The notes beneath the pieces were generated by a model that was not told where the DNA came from, searched no databases, and was given only the letters and a program-made list of their open reading frames with translations. Below, piece after piece: positions 17,273 to 24,981 of a stretch of 46,716 nucleotides of DNA. The DNA is taken from contig JAYPXF010000001.1 in assembly GCA_038154405.1 (NCBI GenBank), positions 167,747 to 214,462 on the forward strand. The letters are read 5' to 3'. Origin of the DNA: Verrucomicrobiales bacterium. GTDB lineage: Bacteria; Verrucomicrobiota; Verrucomicrobiia; Limisphaerales; JAYPXF01. The position numbers and the translations under genes are program-made. How positions within the stretch are numbered: the first letter of the stretch is position 1; every line of letters starts with the position of its first letter.

Positions 17273-17954
17273 CCCGCCAGATCTTCACATCGTCGAAATA
17301 GGTGGCGTTGCCGCTCACGGTGAAGTGCACGCTCTGTTTCGTGGGGTGCGCCAAACCGGGTGACTTGAGGTGTCCGATCGGCTCGTCGTCGAGTGTCACG
17401 CGCATTTCGTCGCCGACGATCTCGATCGTGGTCGTGTACCAGCGGTTCTGTTCGAGGTTCGCCTTCACGTGCGCACCCCTTCCCACCAGCAGCTTTTCCG
17501 CCGCCTCCTTCGTCTCCGGGTTGCGACGCATCTTGAAGATGTCATTGCGCATGATCCCCTCCTTGTCGTCGCCCAAGCGGATCTGTTTCGACGCGTATGC
17601 CACCCGCGCTATGTGTCCGGCGTGGGAACCATTGTGCTTCTTGTCGTCAAACACGACGTTGAAGCGCGGCGAACCCGCCAGCTTGAAACGAAAGGACATG
17701 ACCACGTCTTTCATCGGCATGTACACCCGTCCCACCGAACCATGATCCGCCCTGTCCTGGGTGGCCACCAACACCCCCTTCGTCACCTTGAAACCCGGTA
17801 TGATCACTTTCCATTCACCGAGATCATCGCGCTCGAAGCGGTCCTCGAAAAGCAGTTCACCACGCTCACCGAGCGGACCGGGAACAGCCGGACCGGCGAA
17901 GGCGGAACCGCTCAGAATCAGCAGACATGCGAGCAGGGAGAATCGATATTTCAT
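17262..17954 (-). CDS. Secreted DUF1080/LamG-like (concanavalin-type lectin/glucanase fold) protein
   Basis: Trimmed to ATG 17954: MKYRFSLLACLLILSGSAFAGP (signal peptide). Further motifs are FEDRFERDDLGEWKVIIPGFKVTKGVL, VVMSFRFKLAG, WYTTTIEIVGDEMRVTLD and TYFDDVKIW, a pattern typical of DUF1080. Its 3' end overlaps the convergent MYG1-like gene by 11 nt. Confidence 0.65.
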   Translation of the reverse strand: MKYRFSLLACLLILSGSAFAGPAVPGPLGERGELLFEDRFERDDLGEWKVIIPGFKVTKGVLVATQDRADHGSVGRVYMPMKDVVMSFRFKLAGSPRFNVVFDDKKHNGSHAGHIARVAYASKQIRLGDDKEGIMRNDIFKMRRNPETKEAAEKLLVGRGAHVKANLEQNRWYTTTIEIVGDEMRVTLDDEPIGHLKSPGLAHPTKQSVHFTVSGNATYFDDVKIWRAKR

Positions 17955-18038
17955 GCGCCTCAGGTTCTCAGCACGACAACATCCAAAGCAAGGACTCATA
18001 ACCATGTCGCTACGATCTGCGAATCCGGCAAGGCGAAG

Positions 18039-19391
18039 CTATTCGTAACGCAACGCCTCAATCGGATCCAACTGCGCGGCTTTGATCGCGGGAAAAAGGC
18101 CGGCGAAAACTCCGACCAGCGCGCTGAAGGCGACGGCGATGGTCATGGCTTCCATCGTGATCTCCGGGGTGTTGGCAGAGGGGGAGAGGTACTCGATCAG
18201 TTCGACGAGGCCGTAGCTGGAGAGCAACCCGGCCAGCCCACCCAGCAGGGCAAGGACTGAAGCTTCGGCGATGATCTGGATGAAGATGACCGTGTTGGTC
18301 GCGCCGACGGCCTTGCAGGTGCCGATCTCGCGGATGCGTTCGTTGATGCTGGCGAGCATGATGTTCATGATGCCGATGCCGCCGATCAACAGGCTCAGAC
18401 CCGCGATGATCGCGCCGCTGATGCGGGCGTTGCGGATGCGCTTGTTGATGTCTTCGATGCGGTCTTCATTCGTGCGGAATTCGAAGTCCTGGATGCCGCG
18501 ATGGGTCATCATGAGGATGTTGCGTGCCTGTTGCAGTGCGGGCCCCATCATCTCCATGCTGCCGACCTTGATGTCCACGTCGGTCAACCGCGGGTCTGGC
18601 TCGCCGTTCGGACCGGAGGCCGTGCGGAATCGCAGCCACGCGGTGTTCAAAGGTAGGTGGATCACGTTGTTCTTGTGAAAGAACGCGTAGGACGTCCGGG
18701 AACCACCCCAACCCTTGCGACGCTTCGGTCCGGAGTCCTCCTCCTTGAGTTTCTCTTCCAGTTCCCTCTCTTTCTTCTCTGTCTCACTTTCGTAGTAGCG
18801 ATACATGCCGACGATGCGGAAGGGCTGACGGTTGATCGTGATCTCGCGACCGATGGGAATGATCTCCTTTCCCGTTTCCTCCGGCGTACCCCACAGCTGA
18901 TTGCGAATCCCGCTACCGATGACGCAGACATTGCGCGCCTCGTGATCCTCCAAATCCGTGAAGAAGCGACCGTGCTCAACTTCCATCAGGTTCATCACCA
19001 GGACATCCGGCCAGACCCCGACACATTCGGAAGCGCGGGCCTTCTTTTCACCGTTGCTGATGATCGCGCGTCCGAGACTGATCTCCGGATTTACCGCCTT
19101 CACGAGCGGCGCCCGCTTGAGGGCATGGGCATCCATGATCGTTCGCCCCGTCGCCTGATCCGCGAGATGTTCCTGGTGCGGTGGCACGTCTTCCTCGCGA
19201 ATCAGGACTTTGTCCAATCCGCCGAACGCGATGATGGATTCCTTCATCCCGTTCTCCATGCCTTTCACGATTGCCGCCATTGCCACCAGGCTGGCCACGC
19301 CCAGCACGATGCCCAACATCGTGAGCAGCGACCGTCCCTTGTGCGCCCAGATCTCCTTGAGACCCACGTGAATGATCAAGAGAAGATTCAT
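18039..19391 (-). CDS. ABC transporter permease, MacB/FtsX type (MacB periplasmic core domain + FtsX), no fused ATPase
   Basis: 450 aa. The N-terminus LKEIWAHKGRSLLTMLGIVLGVASLV is followed by a large extracytoplasmic domain with a Lys/Glu-rich insert (ETEKKERELEEKLKEEDSGPKRRKGW). The C-terminal FtsX region reads INERIREIGTCKAVGAT...AGLFPAIKAAQLDPIEALRYE. Confidence 0.85.
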   Translation of the reverse strand: MNLLLIIHVGLKEIWAHKGRSLLTMLGIVLGVASLVAMAAIVKGMENGMKESIIAFGGLDKVLIREEDVPPHQEHLADQATGRTIMDAHALKRAPLVKAVNPEISLGRAIISNGEKKARASECVGVWPDVLVMNLMEVEHGRFFTDLEDHEARNVCVIGSGIRNQLWGTPEETGKEIIPIGREITINRQPFRIVGMYRYYESETEKKERELEEKLKEEDSGPKRRKGWGGSRTSYAFFHKNNVIHLPLNTAWLRFRTASGPNGEPDPRLTDVDIKVGSMEMMGPALQQARNILMMTHRGIQDFEFRTNEDRIEDINKRIRNARISGAIIAGLSLLIGGIGIMNIMLASINERIREIGTCKAVGATNTVIFIQIIAEASVLALLGGLAGLLSSYGLVELIEYLSPSANTPEITMEAMTIAVAFSALVGVFAGLFPAIKAAQLDPIEALRYE

Positions 19392-19394
19392 CTG

Positions 19395-20765
19395 TCAGTC
19401 ATAGCGAAGGGCCTGGATGGGATGAAGCCGGCTGGCTTTCACGGCGGGAAACAGGCCGGCGAGGACACCGATGGCAACACTGCAGGTGAAGGCGATGGCC
19501 ATCGGGGTAACGGTAAGGGTGGGGTCATTGGACTCTGGGGTGACGTTTCGCAACAGGTCGATGAGCCCCATGGAGGCAACCAGACCCGCGATGCCTCCCA
19601 GCATGGCGATGACCGTGCTTTCCACGAGGATTTGCACGAACACATCGGTGGTGGTGGCGCCGACCGCCTTGCGCAAACCGATCTCGCGGACGCGTTCAGA
19701 AATGCTCGCGAGCATGATGTTCATGATGCCGATGCCACCGACCAACAGGCTGATCGCCGCAATGATGCCGCCGCTCGTGCGGGCGTCGGTGATGGCCGTG
19801 CGGATTTCACCGGCGTCGTCCTCCCGTGTGCGGAACTCAAAATCTTGGATGCCCTTGTGGGTGAACATGAGGACGTTGTAGGCCTGCTGCAAGGCCGGCT
19901 CGAGGTGTTCCACATCGTCAATCTCCATCTTCAACGTGGTCAACCGTGCGTCGGCCCCCGCCCGAGCATTTGCATCCGTGCGGAACTTGAGGAGCATGGT
20001 GTTCAGCGGGATGTAGACGGAGTCGTTCTTGATGCGGTAGATGATGTCGTCGCGCATCCGCGGCGTGCGGGGAGGCTTGCCGGCAGCCGCGAGTGCGGCG
20101 TTCTCCCGCTCCAAGGCCTCCTTCTTCTTGCGGAAGGCCTCGCTCTGGTAATGCTTGAACATGCCGATGACCGTCAGTGGCTGACCGTTGACCACGATGG
20201 TTTTTCCGAGCGGGATTTCTTCCCGCCCGAGTTTCTCCGGTGATCCGAACAGATCATCCCGGACCTCCGTGCCAATGACGCACACGCTGCGCGCCTCGTC
20301 GTCATCAAACTCGTTGAACATGCGACCATGAGCGATCTCGTGCTCTTCGACTGTCAGGATGTCCGGCCAGGTGCCTGCAAACTTCAGAGGACGGCAGCGC
20401 CGCCCGCGATGGCTCACCAATGCGGCCCGCCGAAAACCCCACATCTCGATCAGGGGCGTGATGCGTTTCGCCAGCGGCGCGGACTGTTGCAGGGCATAGA
20501 CATCGTGCATGGTCACGCCGGTGGCCTCGGCGTACCGGTGGCGTTGATGGAGCGGAAGATCGTCCTCGTATTCGATGCGGATGGCCTTGAGTCCGCCGGC
20601 TTCCTCGAGTGCCTCCTTTAGGCCGTTCTCCATCCCCTTCACCATTGCCGACATCGCCACCAGGCTGGATACGCCCAGGATGATTCCAAGCATAGTCAAC
20701 AGGGACCTGAACTTGTGCGCCCAGATCTCCTTGAAACCGATGCCGATGGTGTTCCAGAGGTTCAT
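19395..20765 (-). CDS. ABC transporter permease, MacB/FtsX type (paralogue of the downstream gene)
   Basis: The start is set at ATG 20765 (MNLWNTIGIGFKEIWAHKFRSLLTMLGIILGVSSLV); the track start 20822 is also possible. The architecture matches the neighbour, including a charged insert (EAFRKKKEALERENAALAAAGKPPRTPR) and the C-terminus ISERVREIGLRKAVGAT...AGLFPAVKASRLHPIQALRYD. A 3-nt gap separates it from the next gene. Confidence 0.85.
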   Translation of the reverse strand: MNLWNTIGIGFKEIWAHKFRSLLTMLGIILGVSSLVAMSAMVKGMENGLKEALEEAGGLKAIRIEYEDDLPLHQRHRYAEATGVTMHDVYALQQSAPLAKRITPLIEMWGFRRAALVSHRGRRCRPLKFAGTWPDILTVEEHEIAHGRMFNEFDDDEARSVCVIGTEVRDDLFGSPEKLGREEIPLGKTIVVNGQPLTVIGMFKHYQSEAFRKKKEALERENAALAAAGKPPRTPRMRDDIIYRIKNDSVYIPLNTMLLKFRTDANARAGADARLTTLKMEIDDVEHLEPALQQAYNVLMFTHKGIQDFEFRTREDDAGEIRTAITDARTSGGIIAAISLLVGGIGIMNIMLASISERVREIGLRKAVGATTTDVFVQILVESTVIAMLGGIAGLVASMGLIDLLRNVTPESNDPTLTVTPMAIAFTCSVAIGVLAGLFPAVKASRLHPIQALRYD

Positions 20766-20874
20766 GCCGGAGAGAAAGTGGTTTGCGAATGCAGACGCAT
20801 GCGTGGTCCAAGCATGACGCACGGTTCACGGTTGAATCGAGTCGGAATAACGCCGACTCACGTAGCGTCAGCGG

Positions 20875-21014
20875 TCAACAACTCCGGTGGGGCGAGAGTC
20901 CCCGCGAGCCATCATCAACATCCCGAAGGGATGAATGAACACAATCAATCTGTGTCGTCCCTCCGGGACTCTGAAGTGGGCTCGCGAGTAGGCTCTCCCC
21001 ACCGAATCTGTTGA
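20875..21014. repeat. Inverted pair of family-1 intergenic repeats
   Basis: The two arms are 20875-20910 tcaacaactccggtggggcgagagtccccgcgagcc and 20971-21014 ctgaagtgggctcgcgagtaggctctccccaccgaatctgttga, in opposite orientation. The right arm is ~85% identical to the reverse complement of 3115-3160. Confidence 0.65.
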
Positions 21015-21042
21015 TCGCTGGCGCTGGGAACGGAGCGTTGCA

Positions 21043-21077
21043 CAAAAAACTGGGGCTCCGCGTTGCTACGGAGCCCC
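21043..21077 (-). terminator. Rho-independent terminator of the cytochrome c peroxidase gene
   Basis: The minus strand reads ggggctccg-tagcaacg-cggagcccc followed by agttttttg: a 9-bp GC-rich stem, an 8-nt loop and a T6 run, 33 nt downstream of the stop at 21110. Confidence 0.8.
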
Positions 21078-21109
21078 TTGCGGAAAACGATTCCTGATTC
21101 TCAATCAGA

Positions 21110-22099
21110 TCAGGGCAGTTCCGGCGTCGCGGCCAACGCGGCCGGGATCTCACCGGTGAGGGACTTCAGGAAGGCCGCAATCGCATTGACGTCCTTCTTG
21201 GGGATGTCAATGCCGAGCTGGTGACGTCCCATCTTGCTGATGGCGCCTTCGAGCGTGGTCTCGGACGCATCATGAAAATACGGTCCAGTCTTCTCGATGT
21301 TACGCAGGCTGGGAACCTTGAAGACGTATTTGTCCGCCTCGTTCTTGGTCACGGCAAAACGACCGACATCGCCCTTGTTCGGCCAGGGCTTCACGAGACC
21401 CGCCTTCATGTAGCGGTCGCCGCCGAGCAACGTGCCGGTGTGACAGGTCGTGCAGCCATAGGTGGTAAAGGACTTGACGCCCTGCCTTTCCAGCGGCGAA
21501 AGGGCTTCGTCGGAGCCGGCCAGGAACAGGTCCCAGCGCGACGGCGTGATGAGCAGTCGCTCAAAGTTGCCGATGGCGGTGCCGACGTTGTCGTAATTGA
21601 TCGGGTCCTTGTCCTGCGGAAACGCGGCGGCAAACAGGGGGGCGTAGCCGGGAATTCCCTTGAGTTTCTTGACCACGGCTTCCGGCGACGGCATGGCCAT
21701 TTCGCCGGCGGCAAGAATCGGGCCCTTGGCCTGTTCTTCCACCGTCGTGGCGCGTCCGTCCCAGAACTGGGCGATATGTCCGGCGGCATTGAAGACGGTG
21801 GGTGAGTTGCGGCCGACCTCGTGATCCTTGAAGCCGAGCGAGAATGCGCGGCCGTCCACGCCATGCGTCTTCAGGTCATGGCATGAATTGCAGGAGATGG
21901 AGTTGTCGCGGCTGAGACGCTTGTCGAAATAGAGCTTCTTGCCGAGATCGATGCGGGCGTTGTCCACGCCACTGCGCGGCTGATCCCAGGTGCGGCGCAG
22001 CGGAGGTTGAAATCCTTCCAGTGAAAGATCACCGGCGAGTGCCGACCCACCGGCCACCAAGGCGGCGAGTCCCGACATTATTGACGTACGTATGTTCAT
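21110..22099 (-). CDS. ccp: Di-haem cytochrome c peroxidase (CCP/MauG family), exported
   Basis: The track ORF (487 aa) is trimmed to ATG 22099: MNIRTSIMSGLAALVAGGSALAG (signal peptide). Two CxxCH sites are present (CNSCHD, CTTCHT), along with GRNSPTVFNA, QFWDGRA and FKVPSLRNIEKTGPYFHD. The upstream 158 codons are Arg/Ser-rich and antisense to oxyR, so they are not credible. Confidence 0.9.
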   Translation of the reverse strand: MNIRTSIMSGLAALVAGGSALAGDLSLEGFQPPLRRTWDQPRSGVDNARIDLGKKLYFDKRLSRDNSISCNSCHDLKTHGVDGRAFSLGFKDHEVGRNSPTVFNAAGHIAQFWDGRATTVEEQAKGPILAAGEMAMPSPEAVVKKLKGIPGYAPLFAAAFPQDKDPINYDNVGTAIGNFERLLITPSRWDLFLAGSDEALSPLERQGVKSFTTYGCTTCHTGTLLGGDRYMKAGLVKPWPNKGDVGRFAVTKNEADKYVFKVPSLRNIEKTGPYFHDASETTLEGAISKMGRHQLGIDIPKKDVNAIAAFLKSLTGEIPAALAATPELP

Positions 22100-22187
22100 G
22101 AGATGTCCCAATTGGACGCGGGAAAAATAGCCGCGTTCACATGATTGATAAAACCGTTTAATTGAATTATTACAATCGGAAATTTCG
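22100..22187. promoter_or_regulatory. Divergent oxyR/ccp control region (AT-rich, candidate OxyR operator)
   Basis: 88 nt lie between the divergent starts. The stretch ATAG-N7-CACA-N6-ATAA-N7-TAAT (22127-22162) loosely follows the four-tetranucleotide OxyR layout. A gattg...caatc inverted repeat lies at 22143-22177. No experimental support. Confidence 0.4.
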
Positions 22188-23093
22188 ATGAGAAATCTGC
22201 CCACCCCCCAGCAACTCCGGTACTTTCTCGCCGTGGCCGATGAACTCAACTTTGGACGCGCGGCGCGAAAGTGCCATGTCTCGCAGTCGACCATCTCGGG
22301 CGCCATCAGTGACCTGGAGGACTCGCTTGACGCTGTGCTGCTCGAACGTACGAAGCGGCGGGTTTCACTGACCCGCGAAGGCGATGCCATGGCCGTGCAT
22401 GCCCGGGACATTCTCGCGCGCCTCGAGGACGTCGCCGATCTGGCGCACTCCCTGCAGGGTCCGCTGAGCGGCGGTCTGCGATTGGGGATGATTCCCACCA
22501 TCGCGCCCTTTGTGCTGCCCGAGTTGTTTACGCGTCTCAAACGCAGCTTTCCGGACCTCAGTGCCACCCTCACTGAGGACCTTACGCCGGTGCTGTTGGA
22601 GAAAATTCGATCGGGGGTGATTGACTGCGCCGTGCTTGCCCTGCCCTATGCGATGGGTGATCTCGCCGTGCGCGAATTGTTCGAGGACCGACTGCTGGTG
22701 GCGCACGGGAAGGACGCCGCGATTGCACTCAGCAAGAAAGGAGTCACGTCCGCGACTCTGAAGAAGGAAAACCTGCTGCTGCTGAACGACGGCCATTGCC
22801 TGAAAGACCAGGCACTTGCGGCATGCAAGTTCACCATGGAGGACGTGAGTGTGTCCTTTGAGGCGGCAAGCCTGATGACCCTGGTCGGAATGATCGATCG
22901 CGGCCTGGGCGTCACGTTCGTGCCGGAACTCGCCGTGAAGTCATTGAAGAAATGCTTCCCGAAGATCTGCTATGCGCCACTGGCGGAGAGCGGAGCCACC
23001 CGCCGCATCGCGGTTTGTTGGCGCCGTGGATCGCATCGACAAGAAGACTTTGAGATCGTGGCGGATCTCATCGAAGCCATCATGCCGGCATGA
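22188..23093 (+). CDS. oxyR: LysR-family peroxide-sensing regulator OxyR
   Basis: 301 aa. The wHTH reads LRYFLAVADELNFGRAARKCHVSQSTISGAISDLE. The redox pair context LLLLNDGHCLKDQALAACKF keeps the two Cys 9 residues apart, as in E. coli OxyR C199/C208 (GHCLRDQAMGFC). It is divergent from a peroxidase gene. Confidence 0.85.
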   Translation: MRNLPTPQQLRYFLAVADELNFGRAARKCHVSQSTISGAISDLEDSLDAVLLERTKRRVSLTREGDAMAVHARDILARLEDVADLAHSLQGPLSGGLRLGMIPTIAPFVLPELFTRLKRSFPDLSATLTEDLTPVLLEKIRSGVIDCAVLALPYAMGDLAVRELFEDRLLVAHGKDAAIALSKKGVTSATLKKENLLLLNDGHCLKDQALAACKFTMEDVSVSFEAASLMTLVGMIDRGLGVTFVPELAVKSLKKCFPKICYAPLAESGATRRIAVCWRRGSHRQEDFEIVADLIEAIMPA

Positions 23094-23133
23094 TGGCCGG
23101 TGATCTGCGATCAGATATATTCCAACCGTTCGG

Positions 23134-24318
23134 TCAAAGCTTGGTGAGGGCGTTGCCGCGAAAACCTTGGAGTGGGATGGCGACTTCACGACCACCTTGG
23201 CGATGGGACTCAAAAACCGCACAGATCATTTCGACGGTCGTTGCTCCCTGTCGGGCGTCGCAGAGAGGTTCGCGGTCGTTGTCGACGGCCGCGATCAGGT
23301 CTTCGATTGCGAGAACGTGATTGTGGACCTTGGCCACCAACGCGGGATTGTTCTCTGGTTGGCCCAGCCCGGCGGTTGTGATCGGGACCCGGGGTAGCGA
23401 ACGTGAAGCCGGGTCGAACGGATTTCCCGGGCTGAGCCAGGCCACCGGATCGCGGTCGATGTGGATGCTGATCATGCCTTTCGTGCCCATCATGTGCGCG
23501 GCGTAACCCTTCTTGTCCGAGCCGTCGTTCACGAAGGTCGTGTAGGTTGCGGTGATGCCTTTCTCCATCCGCCAACGCGCGTGGACTTCGTCAGCCGCCA
23601 ACGGGCCCAGACCTTCCGCGCCCTCCACCACGTCCTTTCCGGTGACCGGTCTGCCCTGCTTCAACATCGTGCCGGTGCAGGCGATCGGATACCCTCCGAA
23701 ATGGTGGAACAGGTTCAGCACGTGGGTGCCCAAAACCCAGAGATCCTGTCCGCCGCCGCGACGATCGCCGAGACCATGGCCGCGTAGTTCGAGCACGCGT
23801 CCGATGCGACCATCGGCCACCAGCTTCTCGATGATCGGAAGCACGGGATGATAGCGGTTCCGGTGCGCCACTGCGATCTTCACGTTCCGCTTTTTCGCTG
23901 CGGCCAACAACTCGTCGCATTCGGCCGGTGTCCGACAGAACGGCTTCTCGACATACAGCCCTTTGGCTCCCGCATCGATGGCGGCCAGGGCCATGTCCAG
24001 ATGTTGATCGGTGTGTCGAGGTGCGACGGAAACGAACTCGGGTTTCACGGCGTTCAACATCTTGCGATAGTCTCCGAATCCCTTGGCTGTCTTCAGGCGG
24101 GTGACCGCCTTCTTCAATCCGGCGGCATTGGCATCCGCCACTCCGACGATCTCGGCATTGGGGATTTTCTGCCAGACCACGTCCAAGCCGTGTCCGTAGT
24201 TTCCCCGCCCAGTGTGACCGATTACCGCCACACGACGTTTCTTCGGCGCAGCGGCGTGCAGGGCGGAGGGTAGCAGGGCAAGGGACGCGACGGACGAAAG
24301 AAACAAACGACGGTTCAT
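23134..24318 (-). CDS. Gfo/Idh/MocA-family NAD(P)-dependent oxidoreductase, Tat-exported
   Basis: The 915-aa track ORF is trimmed to ATG 24318: MNRRLFLSSVASLALLPSALHAAAPKKRRVAVIGHTGRGNYG (Tat-like signal + Rossmann GxxGxG-type start). The EKP motif (YVEKPF) and VAHRNRYHP are present. The upstream 521 codons are low-complexity and overlap polX and LysM in antisense. Confidence 0.85.
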   Translation of the reverse strand: MNRRLFLSSVASLALLPSALHAAAPKKRRVAVIGHTGRGNYGHGLDVVWQKIPNAEIVGVADANAAGLKKAVTRLKTAKGFGDYRKMLNAVKPEFVSVAPRHTDQHLDMALAAIDAGAKGLYVEKPFCRTPAECDELLAAAKKRNVKIAVAHRNRYHPVLPIIEKLVADGRIGRVLELRGHGLGDRRGGGQDLWVLGTHVLNLFHHFGGYPIACTGTMLKQGRPVTGKDVVEGAEGLGPLAADEVHARWRMEKGITATYTTFVNDGSDKKGYAAHMMGTKGMISIHIDRDPVAWLSPGNPFDPASRSLPRVPITTAGLGQPENNPALVAKVHNHVLAIEDLIAAVDNDREPLCDARQGATTVEMICAVFESHRQGGREVAIPLQGFRGNALTKL

Positions 24319-24362
24319 GCCGCAGGTATTGGAAATTCCCGGGACCGAGTCAAGCGAAGGTC

Positions 24363-24599
24363 CTACTTGTTGAATGCCTTGTTCAGCGGGAGTCCGCCAA
24401 ACGCGACGAACACGGTCAGCCAGGCGAGGGTGATAGCAACCGCCACGCCAAACACCTGTCCGAGTACATAGACGATCGGGCTCTGCCACCAGGAGCAATT
24501 GGTCAAGCGGACGGTGATGGTCACACAGCCAAAAACGTCGCGAACAGAAGGCCAATCGTCCGACATCGGCAAATGCGTTATCGATGGGGACGGTGGAAG
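24363..24599 (-). other. In-frame continuation after the LysM stop codon: Pro-rich linker remainder + hydrophobic (TM) segment
   Basis: This is the same reading frame as 24600..24872. Directly after the TAA it reads LPPSPSITHLPMSDDWPSVRDVFGCVTITVRLTNCSWWQSPIVYVLGQVFGVAVAITLAWLTVFVAFGGLPLNKAFNK. The track lists 24363..24572 as a separate 69-aa ORF. Confidence 0.4.
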
Positions 24600-24872
24600 T
24601 TATGGAATCGTCGCAGGCGACGGCGCGCTCGCCGGCATCGCAACGGGAGTTGGTGGTGGCACAACTTGTCCGGGCAGGCGCAACCGTTGTCCGACGGCGA
24701 TCCGATACGGCGCTTGGAGGCCGTTGAGTCGGGCAATCTCCTGCCATCGCTCTGCGTTTCCCAAGGATCGCTGCACGATGGCTGACAAGGTGTCGCCCGA
24801 CTGCACCACGTCTTCCGCGCGCAAGGAACACGTCCGCATCCAACACAGTATGATCGAGATCTGCCACACCAT
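24600..24872 (-). CDS. LysM peptidoglycan-binding domain protein ending in a Pro-rich linker (probably the 5' part of a nonsense-disrupted gene)
   Basis: 90 aa. The LysM core is VVQSGDTLSAIVQRSLGNAERWQEIARLNGLQAPYRIAVGQRLRLP, followed by GQVVPPPTPVAMPASAPSPATIP and TAA at 24602-24600. A GGAG lies immediately upstream of the ATG. Confidence 0.7.
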   Translation of the reverse strand: MVWQISIILCWMRTCSLRAEDVVQSGDTLSAIVQRSLGNAERWQEIARLNGLQAPYRIAVGQRLRLPGQVVPPPTPVAMPASAPSPATIP

Positions 24873-24981
24873 CTCCGGAGAATGACTCTGAAGAGCCGGG
24901 CCCGATTGTCATATCCGATTCAACCGACGTGGGCATTGCCTTCACTTCGCGATTACGGGATGCTGCCCGGCCGCATCGGAC

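Noticed and set aside
22100-22573. N-terminal 158 codons of the 487-aa ORF 21110..22573
   Set aside because: This stretch is Arg/Ser-rich, lies antisense to oxyR, and precedes an obvious signal peptide start (MNIRTSIM) for the peroxidase.
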